A DNA stretch of 64,000 nucleotides, from the IMG/VR virus record IMGVR_UViG_3300049171_000092, positions 21,279 through 85,278 of that record; one strand, 5' to 3'. Under the pieces are notes generated by a model that saw only the letters and a program-made list of their open reading frames with translations, made no database searches and had not been told where the DNA came from. Both the position numbers and the translations under genes were made by a program. Shown here one piece after another: positions 25,990-32,036 of the stretch (position 1 is its first letter; each line of letters starts with the position of its first letter). This stretch comes from a virus.

Positions 25990-28535
25990 GTCGTGACTCC
26001 TGTCGTGAAGTTGATCGTTACCGTTCCGGTCTGGGCTGCGATCCGCAGCGGACCGACGAGCCTGGCGTCGATGTCTTTGCTGATCGCCCACCGGGCTGTC
26101 TCGCCGTCGTGCAGGGTCGAGGTGCCGTCGGCGGTGGTCACCTGGCCCGTGCCGGTGCGCGCGGTCGCCTCGACGGTGCGCAGCAGCGGCCAGGCGTCGG
26201 CGTCCCACGTCTCGCCGGGGTCGAGCTGCACGCGCCGCGCCTGCACCACGACGGCGGGTTCGGCGTCGCCGGTGTTCGTGTCGGCGTCGCACGGGATCGG
26301 TGCGATCGGCGTGTAGGGGGCGGAGAGGTCGGGCGTGTACGTGCCGAGCGGTGTGAGCGTGCCGGAGGTGTCGGCGAGGAGCAGCTCGGCGTAGCACGTA
26401 TCGGCGGTGCCGTCGCCGTCGGTGTCGTCGCAGCGTTCGGCGCGGATGATGCTCGAGCCGGCCGGCGTGCTGCTCGCCGGACAGAGGCCGACGGTGCCGG
26501 CGGGCGTGTACGGGGTGACGCCGTCGAGAGCGAGATCCGTGACGTCGAGGACGGCGCCGGTGCAGGTGAACGCGACGCGGCGTAGGAACGGCGTCACCGT
26601 GCCGTCTATGGCCGTGTCGCAGAGCGTCATGACGGCCGTGTCGCAGGGCTCGGCCGGTGGTGCGTCACCGTCGGCGTCGCAGTCGACGGGCGAGACTGGC
26701 GCGTAGGCCGCGGACAGGTCGGGCAGGTAGTCGCCGAGTGGGCTGATCAAGCCGTCGCAGTCGACGGCGAGGAGCGCGACGTAGTCCGTATCGGCGACGC
26801 CGTCGCCGTCGGTGTCGTCGCAGCGGCAGACGCGGAGCACGTTCGTCGTCGTGCACGGCTGGGGCGGGACGGGTGGGGATCCGGTGCCGCTGCCGGGTAC
26901 GCACTGCCGGACGTCGCCGCCGACGGTGTACGGGGCGCCGTCGAGCGTCGTGTCCGTGATCTCGGTGACCTGGCCGGTCTCGCAGTCGGTGACGATCGTC
27001 CGTAGGAACTGGACGGCGCAGCCGTCGAGGGTGGCGCCGATGTCGACTTGATCGACGGTCCATGCCTTCGGCCCGAGGTGGTGCGTCTCGAGGATGAGGA
27101 TGACGTACAGGTCGCCGGAGGTGAGATCGGCGGCCGTGATCGGGGCGATCGCGTTCAGTGTCTGCTGGTAGCCGACGGGCGGATTCGAGAGGACGCCTTC
27201 GCCGAGGAGTCCGGTCGTGCCCCGGTAGATGCCCATGCGGCCGACGTAGGCGATGCCGTCCGTCGGCCCGTTCAGGGTGACCCGCATGGAGACGGAGAGG
27301 CTGCCTTCGCCGCCCTCGCAGGGCTGGCCGGTGATCCGGCCGACAGCGACGCGGTAGACCTGCGAGCCGTCGCCGGCGGAGGCGTCGGCGTCTGCGGGGA
27401 ACGTGAACGGTCCGCCTGCCCACAGGTCGGCGAACGAGCCGGGCAGCGTCGCGAACGGGGTGGTGAGGCCGACGTCTTGGATCGTCGCGTCGCTGATCGT
27501 CAGCGGTATAGGAGTCGCCGTGAGCGTGGTGTCGCACAGGACAACGGCTGTCGTGTCGCGGCACGGCTGCGCGTCGCATGAGGTGATCGTGCCGGTCGGC
27601 ACGTAGGCGGCGCCGTCGAGCGTGTAGTCCGAGTGCCCGACGATCGCACCCGTTTCGTTGCGCCGGTAGTCGCGCAGGAACGGCGTCACGGTGCCGTCGG
27701 CGGCGACTTCACACAAGACCGCGAGGTCCTGCTCGGGCTGGTCTATGCCGGTGGGGCAGGTCGTGATCTCGCCCTGCGGCGTGTACGGCTGGCCGGTGGT
27801 GGCGTCGACGAGCTGAACGCCGCCGACGCTGCCGTCGGGGTTGTAGGTGTACTGCACGAGGACAAGGCCGAGGACGTCGCCGGTCGCCGGGTCCGTGTCG
27901 CAGAACGTGCCGGTGGTCGAGATGTTCCGCGGCGTACCGCAGGCGGTGACTCCGGTGGGGGGCTGCCCGGCGGAGTAGGCGCCCGTCGCAAGGTTGAGCC
28001 AGCCTTCCTGCCGGATCACGCCGTCGCAGTCGCGGGTGACGAGGACGGCGATGGGTGTGCCGTCGGCGAGGCACAGGCCGAGCGTCGCCAGGGGTGCGCG
28101 CTGCTCGAGGCAGTCGGAGCCGCCGTCGCAGGATCGTACTTGGCCGATGACGACGTGCGGGGTCTCGCCGTCGATCTCGACGTCGACGTAGGCGGCGGTG
28201 CCGTTGGAGAGGAAGGTGAACTTCCGCAGGAACGGGCGGCCGGAGTCGTCGCAGAGCATCTCGGTGTGGCACTGCATGGTGCCGTGCTCGCAGTCGACCG
28301 GCGAGATGGGCGTGTACGGCTCCGAGGGGTCGCCCTGGTAGGTGAGGACGAGCTGGCTGGTGCCGTCCTGCTCGATGCACCAGAGTTCGCTGTAGGTGGT
28401 GTCGGGCAGGCCGTCACCGGTCGTGTCGTCGCAGCGCAGGACGCAGGTGGTGGTGACGCACGTGGGGGGGCATTCGCATTCGCCTCCGCCGCCTCCCCCG
28501 GCGCCGCAGGTGCAGCCGCTGTAGGAGATGGCCAT
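25986..28535 (-). CDS. giant Cys-rich modular repeat protein (849 aa), unknown family
   Basis: N-terminus MAISYSGCTCGAGGGGGGECECPPTC. Four FLR..LDG.PY modules and three RCDDTDGDGxADTxY..PDLSxxYxP..CDAD modules. Coupled to both neighbouring genes. Confidence 0.75.
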   Translation of the reverse strand: MAISYSGCTCGAGGGGGGECECPPTCVTTTCVLRCDDTTGDGLPDTTYSELWCIEQDGTSQLVLTYQGDPSEPYTPISPVDCEHGTMQCHTEMLCDDSGRPFLRKFTFLSNGTAAYVDVEIDGETPHVVIGQVRSCDGGSDCLEQRAPLATLGLCLADGTPIAVLVTRDCDGVIRQEGWLNLATGAYSAGQPPTGVTACGTPRNISTTGTFCDTDPATGDVLGLVLVQYTYNPDGSVGGVQLVDATTGQPYTPQGEITTCPTGIDQPEQDLAVLCEVAADGTVTPFLRDYRRNETGAIVGHSDYTLDGAAYVPTGTITSCDAQPCRDTTAVVLCDTTLTATPIPLTISDATIQDVGLTTPFATLPGSFADLWAGGPFTFPADADASAGDGSQVYRVAVGRITGQPCEGGEGSLSVSMRVTLNGPTDGIAYVGRMGIYRGTTGLLGEGVLSNPPVGYQQTLNAIAPITAADLTSGDLYVILILETHHLGPKAWTVDQVDIGATLDGCAVQFLRTIVTDCETGQVTEITDTTLDGAPYTVGGDVRQCVPGSGTGSPPVPPQPCTTTNVLRVCRCDDTDGDGVADTDYVALLAVDCDGLISPLGDYLPDLSAAYAPVSPVDCDADGDAPPAEPCDTAVMTLCDTAIDGTVTPFLRRVAFTCTGAVLDVTDLALDGVTPYTPAGTVGLCPASSTPAGSSIIRAERCDDTDGDGTADTCYAELLLADTSGTLTPLGTYTPDLSAPYTPIAPIPCDADTNTGDAEPAVVVQARRVQLDPGETWDADAWPLLRTVEATARTGTGQVTTADGTSTLHDGETARWAISKDIDARLVGPLRIAAQTGTVTINFTTGVTT

Positions 28536-28939
28536 CAGCTATCCCCCTCGGGGTGGGCCTGGCGGCGGTGGGTGTTCCGGCCGCGTTCGGTCGCGAAGGT
28601 GCGCGGGCACCGATCGCAGGCGTAGGCGTCGTCGGCGTCGTCGCTGGGGGCGTCCTCCAGCGGCGCGAAGTCCGAACCCGGCCCGGTCTCGCTGAAGGCC
28701 TCGGGGGTGGCGACACCCAGGAGTTCCTGGTCAGCGTCCTCTTCGGGTGAGCGGTAGCGGTGGCCGTCGACGAGGGAGCCGATCAGCAGCTCTTCCGGCA
28801 TGTGCGTGAACAGGTCCGGGGGGACGGCGAACTCGCTGTGGGAGCAGGTTTCTACCTGCGGGGTCTGGGCGGTCGCCCACCGGGCGAACGCTGCACGCCG
28901 CTCGGGCGCGGGCCGCACTTTGATCATCGTCAGCAGCAC
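28535..28939 (-). CDS. 134-aa acidic protein with a C-terminal classical C2H2 zinc finger
   Basis: YACDRCPRTFATERGRNTHRRQAH fits C-x2-C-x12-H-x4-H; overlaps both neighbouring genes. Confidence 0.6.
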   Translation of the reverse strand: MLLTMIKVRPAPERRAAFARWATAQTPQVETCSHSEFAVPPDLFTHMPEELLIGSLVDGHRYRSPEEDADQELLGVATPEAFSETGPGSDFAPLEDAPSDDADDAYACDRCPRTFATERGRNTHRRQAHPEGDS

Positions 28940-29766
28940 GTCGAGATCCTCACTGCCGCCGCCTCACAGCACGCCACCTCGATCACGGAAGTGCGCTCGG
29001 CGAGGACGTACCGGTCATTCAGGCGGGTGTCGATGCTCCCGGCCTCGGTGGGCGGGATGATGTCGAGCGGTCCGCGCCGCACCCGCACGGGCCCGGTGAT
29101 GTAGAGCCACGCTTCGCCGTCGGGTGCCTGCGTGCAGGTCGGCCCGCCGACGTTCGTGGCGTAGCCGGCGCCCATCACCACGCCGTTACCCATGAGCGTT
29201 TCGGGGCATTGGGTGTCGCGGGTGCGGGTGACGACGTTGCAGCAGCCCAGCAGCGCTGCCGCGCCGGCAGGGATGTGCAGGATGCCTTCGCCGCCGTAGT
29301 GCTCGGCCAGCCAGCCCTCCAGCGCGGCGATGCCCTGCGCGGCCGGCAACGCCCCCGACGCGGGGGTGAGGTCGTTGTCGGCGGCCATCGTGCACAGGGC
29401 GTTCATCATGAACCAGGATTCGAGGGCGCGCTGCTCGCCCATGCGGAGAGTTTCCGCAGCGTGCTCGACGGCCTCGTCGTAGGTCATGCCGAACGTGCTG
29501 CACGTGGACCCTGCGTATGTAGTCACCGGGTCGAACTCGCACACCCCGGGCCGGTCGAAGATCTTCGATGCCGGGTTGGGCACGGTGGGGGGCGGGCAGT
29601 CCCGCTCCCACGTGTGGGTCTCCGCGCACGACAGCGGCACGAACTGGGTGCCGTTCATCTCGTGCAGATCGGTGACGTCTACGACCTCTACGCACCCGCC
29701 GAGGAGGCCGTAGGGGCTCGGGTTGCCGCGGATGGGGGCTACGGTCTTGCGCATCCCTCCCGCCAT
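28930..29766 (-). CDS. Cys-rich 278-aa structural protein; possible second HK97-fold (capsid-like) protein
   Basis: I preferred the ATG at 29766 (MAGGMRKTVAPIRGN..). The patterns ..EAVEHAAETLRMGEQRALESWFMMNAL.. and ..LNDRYVLAERTSVIEV recall the spine helix and C-terminus of HK97-like capsid proteins. This is only a weak visual argument. Confidence 0.5.
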   Translation of the reverse strand: MAGGMRKTVAPIRGNPSPYGLLGGCVEVVDVTDLHEMNGTQFVPLSCAETHTWERDCPPPTVPNPASKIFDRPGVCEFDPVTTYAGSTCSTFGMTYDEAVEHAAETLRMGEQRALESWFMMNALCTMAADNDLTPASGALPAAQGIAALEGWLAEHYGGEGILHIPAGAAALLGCCNVVTRTRDTQCPETLMGNGVVMGAGYATNVGGPTCTQAPDGEAWLYITGPVRVRRGPLDIIPPTEAGSIDTRLNDRYVLAERTSVIEVACCEAAAVRISTCC

Positions 29767-29842
29767 CTGCCTCACGCCCTCTCGTGGTTCGGGCGCAGCC
29801 CCGGCCGGGCAGATGGCCGAGGCTGCGCGCAAAGGGGGTGGG

Positions 29843-31489
29843 TTAGGCGGTCGGGCAGGCGACGGCGGCGCGCGGGCCGACGGAGCCGTCGGCGCAGACC
29901 GGGATGGTGATGGCGCGGGCCTGCGGGCCGCGGTAGATGAGGGCGTTGCAGGACTCGAAGAACAGGGCGGTCATGTCGTTGGTGCGCAGCAGGGTGCTGT
30001 CGTGGACGACGCCGAGGTTGATCTCGGGGCCGCGGCCCATCTGGAAGGCGCCGGCCGGGTAGAGCAGGGCCTGCACGGTGGCGGGCCAGGCGGTGGCGGG
30101 GGTGGTGTTGCCGATCTGGGTGGGGACGGCCGGGGGCAGGCCCTTGACCCACTGGACGCGGACGCCGAGGTCGGCGAAGGCCTGCTCGACGCAGTTCTGG
30201 TTGAGGTCGCAGACGTTGACGCCGTCACGGCGGGCGATGTCGGCGAGGAACATGTTGCGCGCCCAGTACGGCAGGACCAGCTCGAGGCCGATCCGCTCGC
30301 AGAGGTTGAACCGTTCGGTCATGTCGGCGATCTGCAGGGCGAGCGCCCCGTACACCGCCGAGAAGGACGCGAAGCTGGTGGCGGTGGTGACGGGCGTGGC
30401 CCGGGTGAGGGCCTGCTGGTACATGGCGGCCTTGAGACGCATCTCGTAGGCAACCATGGCGCGGCGGATGTAGAAGGTGGTCAGTTCCGGGAAGAACCGC
30501 TGGGAGAGGATGCCGGCCTGGATGCAGGCGCCGTAGGCGGTGCAGCGGACCTCGACCGGGTCCACACAGGGGATCTTGAAGCAGGGCTTGGTGGGGTCGC
30601 CGTCGACCGCGCTGATGTCGTCGGCTTCGGTCCAGACCCACGACATGGCGGTGACGTCCAGCTCGGGTGTCATGTAGTAGCGCAGCCCGCCCCGGGACAG
30701 GTTGAGCTCGGGCAGGTCCCACAGGTTGTCCGGGCAGGAGATCTCGGTGAAGTCGTACACCGTCTCTGAGGGGGCGCACCAGCCGCCCGAGGCGACGAGG
30801 TCACCGCCCTTCAGGCGCCGCTGGTCGGCGGCCTTCAGGACCTTGGTGGTGCCCTCCTCTGGGGAGCCGGCGTCGTTGATGACGAGGTCCTGCGGGAAGG
30901 GCAGCTGGTACGAGGCGGCGATGGCCTTGCCGCCGTTGGTGACGAGCTGCGCGACCTTGGTGACGGACTCGGTCAGCCCGTCCATGTCCAGCGGTGCGCC
31001 GAGGCTGGCGCCGGGGACCTCGGCGGAGGCGACGATCGTGACGGCCGGGGTGCCGGACTGCGGCATCGGCTGCCGCGGCTGCCGCTCCCGCACGGTGGCG
31101 AGGCTGATGATCGGGCGCCGCACGACGGCGGACGACGCGGCGACCTCCTCGACGACCGGCTCCTCCTCGGCGGCGGGCTCGGCCGGCTCGTCCGTCTCGG
31201 CGGCCGGGTGGTCGTCGGTGTCGGTGGCGGCTTCCTCGCCGAGGACCTGGGCGGCGAGTTCGTCGAGTTCAGCGACGGCAGCCTGCGCGGCTTCGACGCG
31301 CTGGGTCTGCTCGGCGCGCAGCGCCTCGATTCCGGTGGCCAGCTCCCGCAGGACGGGCAGGTCTTCGGTGGTGAGGTTGGGGTCCTGACGCCGGGCGTTG
31401 AACGCCTCGACGGCGGCGGCGAGGGTGGCGTCGAGGTCCTCGCTGCTGAGGCTGGTGACGTCGTCGGGAAGCTGGAAGGGCTCGGACAT
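29843..31489 (-). CDS. major capsid protein with an N-terminal acidic/coiled scaffold-like region (548 aa)
   Basis: Position after the MuF/protease gene. The first 150 or so residues are acidic coiled coil. ..LVASGGWCAPSETVYD.. is a motif seen in actinophage capsid proteins. The gene has its own box. Confidence 0.75.
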   Translation of the reverse strand: MSEPFQLPDDVTSLSSEDLDATLAAAVEAFNARRQDPNLTTEDLPVLRELATGIEALRAEQTQRVEAAQAAVAELDELAAQVLGEEAATDTDDHPAAETDEPAEPAAEEEPVVEEVAASSAVVRRPIISLATVRERQPRQPMPQSGTPAVTIVASAEVPGASLGAPLDMDGLTESVTKVAQLVTNGGKAIAASYQLPFPQDLVINDAGSPEEGTTKVLKAADQRRLKGGDLVASGGWCAPSETVYDFTEISCPDNLWDLPELNLSRGGLRYYMTPELDVTAMSWVWTEADDISAVDGDPTKPCFKIPCVDPVEVRCTAYGACIQAGILSQRFFPELTTFYIRRAMVAYEMRLKAAMYQQALTRATPVTTATSFASFSAVYGALALQIADMTERFNLCERIGLELVLPYWARNMFLADIARRDGVNVCDLNQNCVEQAFADLGVRVQWVKGLPPAVPTQIGNTTPATAWPATVQALLYPAGAFQMGRGPEINLGVVHDSTLLRTNDMTALFFESCNALIYRGPQARAITIPVCADGSVGPRAAVACPTA

Positions 31490-31518
31490 TGCCGTTGACT
31501 CCTGGTGTGATCACAGGA

Positions 31519-31539
31519 GCCCGGCCCAAAACCAGCGGC
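31519..31539 (-). promoter_or_regulatory. late-gene box copy 9, followed by an SD-sequestering hairpin
   Basis: GCCGCTGGTTTTGGGCCGGGC, then CTCCTGTGATCACACCAGGAG, then an ATG 29 nt after the box. Confidence 0.6.
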
Positions 31540-31617
31540 GTATTCGATTGTGATGAAAGGAATCTTAGCTGCATGGGCGGGCGGTGAGCTGTGTCAAGCC
31601 GCCCGCCCTTGCAGCGG

Positions 31618-31881
31618 TTAGGACGTGGTGGTCGGTTCGGTGTCGGTGGTATCGGCTTGCTCGACGGTGGTGGGGTCCGGCGTTGCGGCCGGCTTTGTTG
31701 AGGCGTCGGGATCAGGGTCGATGCGGCTGCCGGAGTAGTTACGGGCGACGGTCTTCGCCAGGGCGGGGTCGTGGGTCTGGAAGGCGACCCGTTCCGGGTT
31801 GCTGTTGACCATGACCTTGTACAGGGTCTGCTGTGTGCCGCTGCGTGCCCGGACGCGGCTGGAGCAGGCGCCGCACGCCAT
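31618..31881 (-). CDS. 87-aa protein (MACGACSS..), paralog of the upstream 50-aa protein
   Basis: Track ORF; TGATG overlap with the upstream gene; Thr/Pro/Asp-rich tail. Confidence 0.55.
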   Translation of the reverse strand: MACGACSSRVRARSGTQQTLYKVMVNSNPERVAFQTHDPALAKTVARNYSGSRIDPDPDASTKPAATPDPTTVEQADTTDTEPTTTS

Positions 31882-32033
31882 CAGGCGCCGTCCTTCGGGA
31901 CTTCGCGGACCTCGCCCTGGTGCCGAGTGGCCATGGCGTCAGCGGTCGTCTTGTAGGGGGTGGGCCCGAACACGCGGGTGCCGTCCTTGACGACCTCGTA
32001 CTGCGTCCGGTTTTTCCCGCAGTTGCATCCCAT
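31881..32033 (-). CDS. 50-aa protein (MGCNCGKNRTQYEVVKDGTRVF..)
   Basis: ATG-to-TGA ORF below the track cut-off; GGAAGGAG SD inside the end of the upstream gene; high GC3. Confidence 0.5.
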   Translation of the reverse strand: MGCNCGKNRTQYEVVKDGTRVFGPTPYKTTADAMATRHQGEVREVPKDGA

Positions 32034-32036
32034 GGT

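Noticed and set aside
22225-28535. Diversity-generating retroelement (template/variable repeats) as an explanation for the repeated modules in the giant proteins
   Set aside because: No reverse transcriptase or accessory gene is present in the window. The repeats are divergent in-frame protein modules, not a near-identical TR/VR DNA pair with adenine-specific differences.
8885-31539. The nine 21-nt boxes as a CRISPR array or as sigma-54 (-24/-12) promoters
   Set aside because: Spacing is 0.8-9 kb with genes in between, so this is not a CRISPR array. The GG and GC elements are not at the sigma-54 spacing, and Streptomyces-type actinobacteria lack sigma-54.
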